From Octopus sinensis (lineage: Eukaryota), in NCBI RefSeq assembly GCF_006345805.1, contig NC_042998.1:34038001-34102000 (forward strand): DNA of 64,000 nucleotides, in the 5' to 3' direction. Of the stretch, positions 36,313 to 49,200 are shown piece by piece. The first letter of the stretch is position 1, and every line of letters begins with the position of its first letter. The translations under genes were made by a program, and so were the position numbers. The notes beneath the pieces are model-generated. The model was given only the letters and a program-made list of their open reading frames with translations. It did no database searches and had not been told where the DNA came from.

Positions 36313-36689
36313 GATATATGCAGGCATACATACATGCAGGCATACATACATGCAGGCATACATACATGCAGGCATACATACATATATATATATACATATA
36401 CAAACATACATACGTGCGTACAATTGCTGCGCCTGTAATTATTAGAGCATTAGGATATGTAACACAGTGCCTAAATGCCAATCTTGAGAAATTAGGTTTC
36501 TCAAAACCAGAAAGGAGAAAGCTGATTCAAAAACTACAAATCCAATCCATCACTGGAACTGTAAAAATCTGTAAAACCTTCCAGAAGTTTATCATTTAAA
36601 TATCTGTAAGCGTGTCTAGATAGGCAAGTATATGCATGAGAAGACATACATAAAACAATATATACAAATGTATATGGATGAATGGGCAG

Positions 36690-36832
36690 ATACATCATCA
36701 TCATCGTCGTTTAGCGTCCGTTTTCCATGCTAGCATGGGTTGGACAGTTCTACTGGGGTCTGTGAAGCCAGAAGGCTTCATCAGGCCCAGTCAAATCTGG
36801 CAGTGTTTCTACGGCTGGATGCCCTTCCTAAT
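36690..36832 (-). mobile_element. Short RTE-tail element
   Basis: Family signature sequence. Confidence 0.85.
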
Positions 36833-37454
36833 ATATACATAAGTACCAAAATACCTTGTTGTTGATGTTGAAATTCCAATAGAGGAGCCTTGGATCTAGG
36901 TTAGAAACCAATTCTTTCTCTATTGGCAAGAAATCTTGAAATAAAACTGAATAAAGACATACACATACACATAAATGCCTAAATTTGTACATACGTTTGT
37001 GCATACATGTTTGTGTGTGTGTGTGTGTGTACAAATGAATACATGCTTACATAGAAAGAAAAGAGCAGAGAGAGAGGACTGAATATATTTCAAAGATATA
37101 ATTAAGATCACAAAACTGAAAACGGAAAAATCGCTTCATGAGCCACAAAAGTGAAATCACTTGGAAAGAGTGCAATAATTGATTCATTCAAGTATAAAAC
37201 AGCTTATAATTTATTTTCTATTAAGATGTCTGAACAATTGGGTTTCATTTTCTCAACTTTACTACCGCTAATAACTTTCTTTCTTTTTCGGTTTCAGTTT
37301 TGTTTGTGTTGTTTTTTTTTGATAATATATTCCAAAACCTCTTTGTTTTGAAGCGGAATGGCAAAGATCTTGACTCAGTGTCTATGAATATCAGAGTTCA
37401 AATTATTACTGCAGTCAGAGATGTAACATGGTCTGCAACACATTATTCTTTAAA

Positions 37455-37925
37455 ATAGCAGCTAACCGGCTTCCGTGTCAGTGGCACTTAAAAGTCACCT
37501 TTCGAGCGTGATCGTTACCAGTGTCGCCTTTCTGGCACTCGAGCTCCGTGCTAGTAGGGTATTAAGAGCACCATCCGAGCGTGATCGTTGCCAGAGCAGC
37601 TATCTGGCCTCTGTGCCAGTGGCACGTAAAAGACACCATCTGAGCGTGATCGTTTCTAGCATTGCCTTACTGGCACCTGTGCCAGTGGCATGTGTAAAAG
37701 ATTCGAGCGAGGTCGTTGCCAGTGCCGCCTGACTGGCCCCATGCCAGTGGCACGTAAAAGCACCCACTACACTCTCGGAGTGGTTGGCGTTAAGAAGGGC
37801 ATCCAGCTGTAGAAACTCTGCCAGATCAAGATTGGAGTTTGGTGCAGCCATCTGGTTCGCCAGTCCTCAGTCATTCGTCCAACCCATGCTAGCATGGAAA
37901 GCGGAGGTTAAACGATGATGATGAC
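37455..37925 (+). mobile_element. Short RTE-tail element
   Basis: Family signature; further copies at 38180-38455 (+) and 39230-39430 (-). Confidence 0.88.
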
Positions 37926-38945
37926 ATTCTATATGTTTAGACACTAGAATATGCTATGGGTGCTGCTGTTGTTGTGGTAGTCATGGTAGCTGTTGGTGAA
38001 TGACAATGACTTTCTAGGGCCACACATAGAAGTAATTAACAACACTAACGAACAATTAACAGATTTCTTTACTGCACCTAAGTGTCTTTTGTGTTGGTCT
38101 GGAGATGAAAAATAATGGTGACAGTTATACACCAGGTGAGACATAGTACTGGGGCCTACAACAATTTAGTTGATACAAAGCAGATGCCAGTGCCGCCTGT
38201 GTCGGTGACAAGTAAAAGCACCAACCGATCGTGGCCATTTGCCAGCCTCCTCTGGCCCCTGTGCAGGTGACACATAAAAAACACCCACTAAACTCACGGA
38301 GTGGTTGGTGTTAGGAAGGGCATCCAGCTGTAGAAACACTGCCAGATCAGACTGGAGCCTGGTGCAGCCTCCATGGCTTACCAGACCCCGGTTGAACTAT
38401 CCAACCCATGCTAGCATGGAAAACGGACGTTAAATGATGATGATGATGATGATGAAAGCAATCTATGGTTGGTCCATCACAACTGGGAAATAATTGCACT
38501 ATATTCATGTTGACAAAATCTGTACCTTCTACCTGCCATTGGCAGCTGATGCAATGGGAATGGAGACATCAATTGGTAGTCTCAACATTCTGGGGTTATT
38601 GCCAAAAGCCACCTTTTTATATGGCTCAATGAGAAAGTTCTAGAAAGCTGAATCACACAATGGTTTGATGCTGGTTTGTTGGTTGATAGTCCGATCAGTG
38701 AAACTACTTTGGCTTGGTCGTGAAGTCTACTTGGCTTCCCAGTGATTCAGTTTTGAATCTGCTACACTTAAGTCCATAATGAGTATCTTCAGAAAGGAAG
38801 TTCAAAACAATCCTCTCTGCTTACATCTTATATTTATATTTTGAAGCTGTACAAAACAGTCTTGAGTAAAAGGATTTCTAACACACTATCATCTCTTGAG
38901 TACTTTACATAAATGTAACATTTTTTGCTTGTGGCCAAATGGAAA

Positions 38946-39173
38946 TTAACCCTTTCGTTACTGTATTGATTTTGAGATGCTCTGTATTTTTTCAATTAAT
39001 TTTAAATACAACAAAGAATTTAGTAAAATAAATTGGTTATCATTAAGTGAGTGTTAGGAACATAAATTGTGACTAAGGTTTGGTGGAAGATTTTAATTTA
39101 AAACTTATGAAAACAAGACATTTGTACTCAGAGCCAGAGGCGGTTTCAGCCGGGTTGGTAACGAAAGGGTTAA
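38946..39173. mobile_element. piggyBac-type MITE (family P2)
   Basis: TTAA TSD; perfect 12 bp TIR CCCTTTCGTTAC / GTAACGAAAGGG. Confidence 0.9.
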
Positions 39174-39518
39174 AAGGAGTTTTTATAGAAAGTTAATCAT
39201 CAATCAACTATAATGACTGGGTTGCAATTCATCATCGTTGCTGTCATCGTCATTTAATGTGTTTTCCATGCTGGCATGGGTTGGACAGCTTGAAAGGAGC
39301 TGGTCAGGCTGGAAACTGTACCAGGTTCCATTGTTTGCTTTGGCAACTGGATGCCCTTCCTAATATCAACCACTTTACAATATGAACTTGGTGCTTTTTT
39401 TTACATGGCACCAGCACTGAAGGGGTCATCAGGCAGCAAATTGCAACAGAAAACTCCTCAGCTGGGTTAGGGTGGGAGTAATATTGAAATGGGGGATGGC
39501 TTTGTGTCAGTTGAGAAA

Positions 39519-39740
39519 TCTTTATATATAAAACTGAAGTTGTGTGAGAGTCTGTCTACTCCGATTTAGATTCCTAACTACTCCCACATTTTGCGGAGCA
39601 GTTTAACCAAAAGTGGGTATCTTATAGTCGTGATTCATATCGAGCCCTTCTGGGTATTAGCGCATGTCTACGATGAGTCTACGATTTAAAAAAAAAATTT
39701 ACCATCATTTTTCCGCATTTTTAATGCACTTTCTGCTCAG
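39519..39740 (+). mobile_element. Helitron 5' fragment
   Basis: A|TCTTTATATATAAAACTGAAG start; matches the reverse complement of 42640-42839. Confidence 0.75.
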
Positions 39741-40725
39741 TTGGAAGAGAAAAGAGGTTGAGTGAATGAGTGAGGGAGTGAGAGAGATGGTGAGGATGTG
39801 TTGGGACACTCTCTCAAGGGATATTTGGGGTGGTGAGAATTGTGCAATGAAAATTTTGGGACCTCAAAAATGAATTTACCAGCATTCATGTGCTTTTAGG
39901 AGACTGAAATGGGCCCTTCTAAGATGTACTTGCTTCAGTTTCAACATGATCTCAGATCAAAATACTTGTTGAACAAATACAATATCAAAGTTTGAAAGAC
40001 ACTGTTATTTGCATCTGAAAAAGATTTTAAAATTGGGTATTTTTTTTTTCGTGTTTATCTTAACTCTTTCTATTATTTATTATTTCTCAAACAACTCAAA
40101 CAGTTGAAGAGTCATTGTTGTTCCCAGATCTACTCTGATCTGGAGCAGAACAGGAACATGAAACTCCGAGTAACAGTTTTTGTTATATTTCTGCTGCTTT
40201 TAAATAAAGCATTTTTTTTTTACTTGTTTCAGTCATGTGACTGTGGCCATGTTGGAACACCGCCTTGAGTCGAGCAAATCGACCCCAGGACTTATTCTTT
40301 GTAAGCCTAGTACTGTCAGGTTTCCAGCTAAGAGTCAGTCAGCGATCCAATTGGGCAGATAGGACTCGTTAGTGTCTTTGGAGTGGCGGGTCGCAGTAAC
40401 TCATTTAAGGGAGCCCTCATTCCAAATCTCTGCTGTTTTGTGACCATACCCAGTGGTGAGAAAAGATCTGGGAGTTAACCCAGATGTAAAATTGGGAGTC
40501 CTCAAGGCAGTTTGAGGTTGACTACAGCTTCATTCTGGCAGCTCTTGTTCTACTGGTACCAAATTATAATGGCCATGTTGTTCCTTTGGATCTACTAGTG
40601 ACATGGCAAGAAGGGACATACAGCACAGGCAACAGCCTGTCCTCCACACCATGCTTGCTCAAGTTTGGATCCTATCAAACAACTTATGCTGGAAAACATT
40701 ATCTCCTAAAATAATTCTGTTCCAG

Positions 40726-40785
40726 TGGGGCAAACAACCAGGACCGTCATACTTGGTCATTGATGACAGTCAAAAATGTTGAAGA
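40726..40785 (+). CDS. Candidate 60 nt host exon followed by an 87 nt GT-AG intron (40786-40872)
   Basis: Acceptor TTCTGTTCCAG|, donor GA|GTAAGA and downstream acceptor TTCCTCTTCTCTCCTCAG|; single open frame GANNQDRHTWSLMTVKNVE; product not recognised. Confidence 0.3.
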
Positions 40786-40960
40786 GTAAGAGTGCTGAAG
40801 AGGAAGTGGATAGCAAATCTTTCTTGATTTTCAATTATTGCTCTTTTATATAAATTCCTCTTCTCTCCTCAGATGAATGAAGCTGATTACACAATGAAGG
40901 AAGACATCTTACAATCAAAGGGCAAACACTCTAATCTATAACAGTTGTACAGGAAATAAA

Positions 40961-41332
40961 TACTCTTTTACTTGTTTCAGTCATGTGACTGTGGCCATGC
41001 TGGAGCACTGCCTTTAGTTGAGCAAATCAACCCCTGGACTTATTCTTTGTAAACAAAGTACTTATTCTATTGGTCTCTTTTGCCGAACCACTAAGTTACA
41101 GGGACGTAAACACACCAGCATCGGTTGTCAGGCCATGTTGTGGGGACAAATGCAGACACACATATACACGACAAGCATCTTTCAGTTTCCGTCTAACAAA
41201 TCCACTCACAAGGCTTTGGTTGGCCCAAGGCTATAGTAGAAGATACTTGCCCAAAGTGCAATGCAGTGGGACTGAACCTGGAACCATGTGGTTGGTGAAC
41301 AAGCTACTTACCACACAGCCACTCCAACGCCT
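40961..41332 (-). mobile_element. SINE family A
   Basis: Family signature; a tail fragment also lies at 40212-40315. Confidence 0.9.
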
Positions 41333-41339
41333 ATATGTA

Positions 41340-41570
41340 CTAGCACCACATAAAACACACCTGTGCTGGTGTCACATAAAACATACCTGTGCTGGTGCCA
41401 CATAAAAGCACCTGTGCTGGTGCCATGTAAAAAGCACCCAGTACACTCTATAAAGCGGTTGGCATTAGGAAATGCCAAAATAGACAGCTGAATCCTGGGG
41501 TAGCTCCGGTCAAACCATCCAACCCATGCCAGCATGGAAAACGGATGCTTAACAATGAAGATGATATGAT
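41340..41570 (+). mobile_element. Short RTE-tail element with ~20 bp internal repeats
   Basis: ACCTGTGCTGGTG.CACATAAAA repeated; CCCATGCCAGCATGG end. Confidence 0.82.
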
Positions 41571-42325
41571 AAATATGCTTGTACTCCATTTATATGAGGT
41601 AAAAAAATATGAGTAGCTTTAGAACAGACTGTTTATTGGGTGGAAAATAAGAATAATCAGAATGGATGGTTAGAAGTGGTTGTGATTGTTGTTACAGATA
41701 TATCGATAGATTATTTGTCTGCCAATTATAATCTGATACACAAAAGATAGAGAGACACGCCAGAAGGGAGACAATCAGATATGTGATGTCTTTAGCTGAA
41801 GCTGTCTCCCAGAACACTTCCTTTTCAAAACAAGGAAAATAACATGGAATAACACTAAACTAACTTCAGTTAGTATAAGGCAGTAAAATGGAATTATAGT
41901 AGTAGTAGTAGTAGTAATTGTCATTGTCATTGTTGCTATCATTGTCAGTCGTCATAGTAATAGAATTAGTAGTAGTAGTAAGTTTTATCCTTCATCATCT
42001 TTTATACTTGTTTCAGTCATTAGACTGTGGCCATGCTGGGGCACCACCTCGAAAATTTTTCTTAATTCAATGAATCGATTGCAGTCCATTTATGTTTATT
42101 TTATCTTGAAGACCTGGTGTGTTTGACCCCCACCATCGCTTGACAATTGATATTGGTGTGTTTACATCCCCGTAACTTAGCGGTTTGGCAAAAGAGTCCG
42201 ATAGAATGAGTTCTAGGTTTACAAAGAATAAGTCCTGGAGTTGATTTGTTCAACTAAAGGCAGTGTTCCAGCATGGCCACTCAAATGACTTAAACAAGTA
42301 AAAGAATAAAGAATATATATATATA

Positions 42326-42839
42326 CTAGCAGTGTCGCCCGGCGTTGCTCGGGTTTGTAAGGGAAATAACTATATAAGCATTTTTAGAGAGTTACTTCCC
42401 TTATAGATGCCAATTCGGGCTTTCTTAGCCATTTCTGTTTTGGTGTCTTCAAGCCATGAAGTCGTTGTTCTAAAAGAACGCTGGTCTCCTTGACAACGCT
42501 TTACGATGTTGATTTCCTTACACTCCCTTCCCCACAGCTTCACGAGGGAGGGAAGAAGGGGGGAAAAGCAAACAGGTGCAGCTGTGAGCCTGGACGCCAA
42601 CTCCGCCGCCATCGACACACGAAAAATTATGCATTAAAATGGAATAAAAAATGATGTTAAATTATTTTTAAAATCGTAGACTCATCGTAGACGCGCGCTA
42701 ATAGCCAGACGGGCTCGATATGAATCACGACTATAAGATACCCGCTTTTGGTTAAACTGCACCGCAAAATGTGGGAGTAGTTAGGAATTTAAATCGAAGG
42801 GGACAGACACTCACACAAATACAGTTTTATATATATAGA
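42326..42839 (-). mobile_element. Complete non-autonomous Helitron (~515 bp)
   Basis: Minus strand starts A|TC TATATATATAAAAC and ends with hairpin CCCGAGCAACGCCGGG followed by CTAG|T. Confidence 0.88.
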
Positions 42840-42924
42840 TATATACCAGAGTAAGCACATAAATGTGAAACAAGGTGGAAAAAAGAGTACTCAAATACCA
42901 GAGGTAGAGTAATAGGACTGTGGC

Positions 42925-43265
42925 AATGCTGGAGCACTGATTTAATCGAGCACATCGACCCCAGGACTTATTCTTTGTAAGCCCAGTACTTATTCTATCG
43001 GTCTTTTTTACGGGGACGTAAACACACCAGCATCGGTTGTCAAGTGATGTTGGGGGGACAAACAAAGACACACAAACATACACACACACATATATATACA
43101 TATATACGACGAGCTTCTTTCAGTTTCCGTCTACCAAATCCACTCACAAAGCTTTGGTCGGCCCGAGGCTATAGTAGAAGACACTTGCCCAAGGTGCCAC
43201 GCAGTGGGACTGAACCCAGAACCATGTGGTTGGTAAACAAGCTACTTACCACACAGCCATTCCTA
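42925..43265 (-). mobile_element. SINE family A
   Basis: Family signature; 3'-half fragments also at 42000-42312 and 43385-43530. Confidence 0.88.
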
Positions 43266-43524
43266 CACCTATATATATATATATGAATAGATAGATAGAA
43301 AGAAAAGTAGATAGATAGATAGATAGATGGATAGATAGAAAAGTAAATGGATGGATGGATAGATAGATGGATGATACAATATCTATGCATGTGTGTGTGT
43401 TTGTCCCGCACCACTGCTGGACCACCAGTGTTGGTGTGTTTACGTCCCTGTAACACAGTGGTTCAGCAAAAGGACTCAATAAAATGAGTATCAGGCTTTA
43501 AAAACACAAAATAAATGCTTGGGT

Positions 43525-43775
43525 CTATTTATTCAACCAGATAAAATGCACCATCCGACCATGGCCATTTGCCAGCCCCATCTGGCACCTGTGCCGGTGG
43601 CACGTAAAAAGCACCCACTACACTCACGGAGTGGTTGGCGTTAGGAAGGACATCCAGCCGTAGAAACATTGCCAGATCAGACTGGGCCTGGTGCAGCCTT
43701 CTGGCTTCCCAGACTGCAGTTGAACCGTCCAACCCATGCTAGCATGGAAAGCGGACGCTAAATGATGATGATGAT
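43525..43775 (+). mobile_element. Short RTE-tail element
   Basis: Family signature sequence. Confidence 0.88.
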
Positions 43776-44081
43776 ATTCTTCAAGCTATGCCCCAGCAAG
43801 CCATGAACACAAAAGAAAACAACAGAAGCAAAGAGAAATATATGGGGTGTTCAGGCTAAATTCAACCATCTTTTATGCTTCCTTTCTCCATCAGACCCAT
43901 GCAAATATGGAAAAGTGGATGTTATGATGATAATGAGAGACAGACTAGATGACAAGGGATATATTATGTTCATTGTACTTTTCAATGTTTAGACATGATG
44001 CTCCTTTAATATACACCACATAGCTTCCAGGTAGCTTCATGCACTTTAGCATCATTGAACAAACTTTTGGATAGAAGAGCC

Positions 44082-44561
44082 TTAACCCTTTCGTTGCTGT
44101 ATTTATTTTGAGATGCTCTATGTTTCTTTCAATTGATTTTAAATATAACAAAGAATTTAGTAAAATAACTTAGTTATCATTCAGCTAGTGTTAGGAACAT
44201 AAATTGTGACTAAGGTTTGGTGGAAGACTTTAATTCAGAACTTATGAAAACAAGATATTTATATTCAGAGCTAGAGCCAGTTTCAGCCCGGTTGGTATCA
44301 AAAGGATTAAGAATTGTTTCTCTATTATATATTTTAAACCCTTTTTTACCATATTTATTTTGAGATGTTCTGTGTTTCTTTCAATTACTTTAAATATTAT
44401 AAAGAATTTAGTAAAATAACTTAGTTATCATTCAGCTAGTGTTAGGAACATAAATTGTGACTAAGGTTTGGTGGAAGATTTTGATTCAAAACTTATGAAA
44501 ACAAGATATTTGTACTCAGAGCCCGAACTGGTTTCAGCCAGGTTGGTAATGAAAGGGTTAA
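44082..44561. mobile_element. Two adjacent piggyBac-type MITEs (family P2)
   Basis: 44082-44310 and ~44334-44561, each with (TTAA)CCCTT...AAAGG(G)TTAA termini and the same body as 38946. Confidence 0.85.
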
Positions 44562-46094
44562 TCATGTTGATCTCTAATTGACAGTTGATGATGTGAATGG
44601 ACTTTTAGTTGCTCTATTATCTTCCTTCTTCATGTTGATTATCACAAAATATTGGTCTGTTCTGATGAGAATTTAGTCCTTCTGTTGCTTTCACTGCTAC
44701 TAATCCTAAGAGCTAAGGTTATTTGCTGGCTTTTCTTGCAGATAACCTTACTAACTGACATTTTTCCCAACTACTTGGCAACAATTGTGCGAACTAATAA
44801 AGACAGGTAAACTGTGAGGAATTAAATCAATTTACTCTCTATTTTCACTTTTGATTGCCTTTATTTAAGCCAATAATTAAATTCTGGTAGGAGAAATGTT
44901 ATAAATAAATTGCCTAAATTTAGCCTTTTGAGGTTCCCATGTGTATTATAAAACATGGTTATTCCTTTCAAAGACTGATGTTGAATTCTGAATGTGAGTG
45001 ACAATGTGATTTCTTCCCCACCCGTGGTCTCAAACGCGAGACCATTGTAAGAAAATACATGTGAAAGGAGCAAAAGAAAAAGTCTTGAATTATTGATTTC
45101 TGTGGTGTAGGTACAAAACGAAGTTTTGTTAAGAAAGAAAATAATTAAATTGATCCTAATGTATTTTTGGAACTTATTTTATGATGATTCCACAACTATT
45201 TGGCAATAATTGCCAAGAATCGTCAACACAGACAGACTCTGGGGAACCGAATCAGGTGAAAATGGATTCATTGACAATTTGAAAAGTGATGTCGGCCACT
45301 GACTGTCAGAGAAAGAAAACAGTACCCAGAACCATTTGGGTGGGAAGCAAACATTTTACCACACAGCCACATCTGCACTGATAATTTTTCTCTTTTCACT
45401 CTTTTAAATTTAACTCAATACTTAAATTTCTTGAGACTACACACAGAAACACACACCTGTGTGTGTGAAGACAATATCTTAGTTTCCCCAGAGTCATGTG
45501 TGTTATTTTTAGCCAATCAGAAACCAGCATTCAGTTGAACTATTGTTTTAGAATATATTAACAAAAACTATTTTTGTTCACTTGGCACATTTACTTGTCA
45601 CCAGACGAGTCTGTCTCTCTGCTTTTGTCTGGTTTTCAATCAGGCATCAATCATACATAAACCATTATTTCTATATCTCAATGCATTATCTCTCTCCCAG
45701 TTAGATGCTAGCTTTGGTCTAGCCTTGATAGAATAATTTCTACCATTTTAAATACACGTACGTTTATTTGACATTTCTGTTTACTAACAGCCATTTATCT
45801 GCTTACACACATTTAACTCAACAATGTAAATTATTCCATTACCACAAAAGCATAAAAATATCTATGTATATTTTCCATAATGTTCCCACAAAATAACTCA
45901 TCTAATTGACTTATTGATGTGTATTTTCACAAGCACATTTACGTAAACTTGGCTTTGATTCCTCATCTATGTAGTTGTGTGTGTGTGTGTACATGTGAGT
46001 ATGAATGAGTGTATCTATGTCTCCCCTTCTCTGTCTCATTTTATTTCTCTATATATATACATACATATACACACATTTGTGAGTATATACACAT

Positions 46095-46527
46095 ATGATC
46101 GTTACCAGCTTCGCCTTACTGGCACTTGTGCCCCGTGCTAGTAGGATGCTAAGAGTACCATCCGAGCGTGACCGTTGCCAGAGCAGCCAACTGGCTTCCA
46201 TGCCGGTGGCACATAAAAGGGCACCATTCGAGCATGATCGTTACCAACGTCGCCTTACTGGCACCTGTATCGGTGGCATGAGTAAAAAGATTCGAGCGAG
46301 GCCATTGCCAGTACCGTCTGACTGGCCCCCGTGCCGTGGAACGTAAAAAGCACCCACTACACTCTCGGAGTGGTTAGTGTTAGGAAGGGCATCAAGCTGT
46401 AGAAACCCTGCCAGATCAAGATTGGAGCCTGGTGCAGCCATCTGGTTCGCAAGCCCTCAGTCAATCATCCAACCCATGCTAGCATGGAAAGTGGACGTTA
46501 AACGATGATGATGATGATGATGATGAG
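46095..46527 (+). mobile_element. Short RTE-tail element
   Basis: Family signature; long (GAT)n tail. Confidence 0.9.
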
Positions 46528-46689
46528 GTTTTCTTCCCTTTCCTACAACCTACAACACATCCTCACATCCTAATGGGATGGAACCATTACAGAAATAGAG
46601 AACATGACATTGACAATACCTTAATCTCCATTTGAGAGAGTTCTGAGCATGACATAGATCATACTGAGATATATATCAGCTGTGTGCTT

Positions 46690-47075
46690 ACCTTTTACTT
46701 GTCTCAGCCGTTTGACTATGGCCATGCTGGGGCACCATCTTGAAGAGTCTTTTAGTTGAATGAATCAACCGCAGGACTTTTGTCGTTCAAGCCTGGTACT
46801 TATACTATTGGTTCCTTTTGGTGAACTGCTAAGTTATGGGGACATAAACACACCAACACCGGTTGCCAAGTGGTGGTGGTGACAAATATAGATACACACA
46901 CACACACATAGGCGCAGGAGTGGCTGTGTGGTAAGTAGCTTGCTTACCAACCTCATGGTTCCGGGTTCAGTCCCACAGCGTGGCACCTTGAGCGAGTGAC
47001 TTCTACTATAGCCTCAGGCTGACCAAAGCCTTGTGAGTGGATTTGGTAGACGGAAATTGAAAAAAGCCCGTCATG

Positions 47076-47107
<32 letters not shown>

Positions 47108-47440
47108 CGTTTATCTGTGTTTGTCCCCCCAACATTGCTTGACAACTGATGCTGGTGTGTTTATATCTTCGTAACTTAGCGGTTCAGTAAAACAGACCGA
47201 TAGAATAAGTACTAGGCTTACAAAGAATAAATCCTGGGGTCGATTTGCTCGACTAAAGGCGGTACTCCAGCATGGCTGCAGTCAAATAACTGAAACAAGT
47301 AAAAGAGTAAAGAGTACATAAGACACGCTTCTTTCAATTTCCATTTACCAAAACCCCCGACAAGGCTTTGATTGGCCCAGGGGGCAACACAGTGGGACTG
47401 AACCCAGAACCACATGGTTGGGAGGCAATCTTCTTACCAC
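46690..47440. mobile_element. SINE A (+, 46911-47314) inserted into the microsatellite linker of an older SINE A (-)
   Basis: Minus-copy tail half at 46690-46890 and head half at 47322-47440 flank a complete plus copy. Confidence 0.82.
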
Positions 47441-47732
47441 TTAGTGCCTACCGTTCTGTGTTGTTGATGTGGACTCTCAAGCCGAGATTGCTGTCAGAAT
47501 AATTCTTAAATCTGTCACATTCTCAGATATTATGAAAGGTTCTTTGGAAGGAAAAGAGTACAGCTGCTAAAGTACACATCTTATTCTAAAATGAAGGAGT
47601 TCAAATCTTGCCTCACTTAAGAGGATATTATTTTCTTACACTCATTGAATTACAATATCTAGGCCAGATTCAAATTATATCCAGTTACCTACTCCATCGT
47701 TACCTTTCAGAAGCTTACAGTCAACCGTGATG

Positions 47733-47865
<133 letters not shown>

Positions 47866-48190
47866 TTAGTGTTGCTTTCTAGTGCCTTCTTTTATAGAAT
47901 TTCTGTAAGCAATGCAACAAAATGCTTTCACATCATAGCTAAATATTGTCTTTGAATGTGTCTCTCCATACAACACTTGCCAACATTGCTGCATACTTTA
48001 CATAGACGGAATCTGTATGAGCCTCAGCCAACAACTGACACGATACCTATAGAGGGCAGCATCATAAACAATTTGGACAAGACACAAAGAAATTACATAC
48101 ACAAACAATTACATATATATATATATATAGTGAGAATTTACAAAAAAAATAATAAAAGATGAAGGTGGGTGTGTAAACAACAAACAGATA

Positions 48191-48229
<39 letters not shown>

Positions 48230-48291
48230 GGTCCCGGGTTGAGTCGGGGTTAACCACAGTAAATAAGGTACTCAATACATAGCAGAGTAAA

Positions 48292-48440
48292 GGCACAGGA
48301 GTGGCTGTGTAGTAAGAAGCTTGCTTCCCAACCACATGGTTCAGGGTTCAGTCCCACTTCATGGCACCTTGGGCAAGTGTCTTCTACTATAACCTTGGGC
48401 CAGCCAAAGCCTTGGTAAACAGAAACTGAAAGAAACCCAT
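48292..48440 (+). mobile_element. SINE family A head half
   Basis: GGCACAGGAGTGGCTGTGTAGTAAG ... GAAAGAAACCC. Confidence 0.85.
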
Positions 48441-48450
48441 TGTATTTTTA

Positions 48451-48548
<98 letters not shown>

Positions 48549-49200
48549 TATTTATTTATTTAGCCCTAGGAAACACTGTTTCCTGTTGGAAATCAATGAA
48601 TGGCCAACAGGAACGGTGTTTCCTAGGGCTAAATAGCAGTAGCATTCTTCCCTTTCATTCGACTGTCACATTAAGTTGACAACATACCATCACTTTATCG
48701 TGCTGCTACTGTATAAATCTGAGAGATTTAGAAATGTAATATTTCTATTTATATATAAATATCAAAAGGATGTGTTATAGCACTATTCCACATATACAAA
48801 AAGAGCCATACCAACAATCCAACATACCTCCATCATCAGCTGCCCCACAGATATCATTATGGTTTTGACACCTGGGCAGTACCATTATATCCAGCGGTGT
48901 CAACAACACTAAAAGTGTTGTTTGGGAACAAACGAACCAAAAACAAAACCCACAACTTTCATGCTACGTACAGCAGTCTTCAATCTAAATAGAGGTAGGA
49001 TTAAACACTAACTTTAAAAAATTAAACTACAAATAGAAACACAAATCTATGTACGTCTGTATCGGTATTAATAGTAAACCTACAATAACTAAATTACATA
49101 CTAAATAGTGACCAGTCTTAGAGTCCATACAAATAATAATCCCACCGGTCTTCCATAGTTACTACTATAATAACAGAAAGTGAAAGCTTTATAATTAATG

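Noticed and set aside
40726-40941. Selenoprotein reading WGKQPGPSYLVIDDSQKCUR-MNEADYTMKEDILQSKGKHSNL across the intron
   Set aside because: It needs UGA read-through, no SECIS-like element is visible before the SINE at 40961, and it matches no selenoprotein family I know.
44645-44690. Homeodomain-like RRTKFSSEQTNIL on the minus strand
   Set aside because: It is followed immediately by TGA TAA, has no credible splice sites and lacks helix 3; probably chance.
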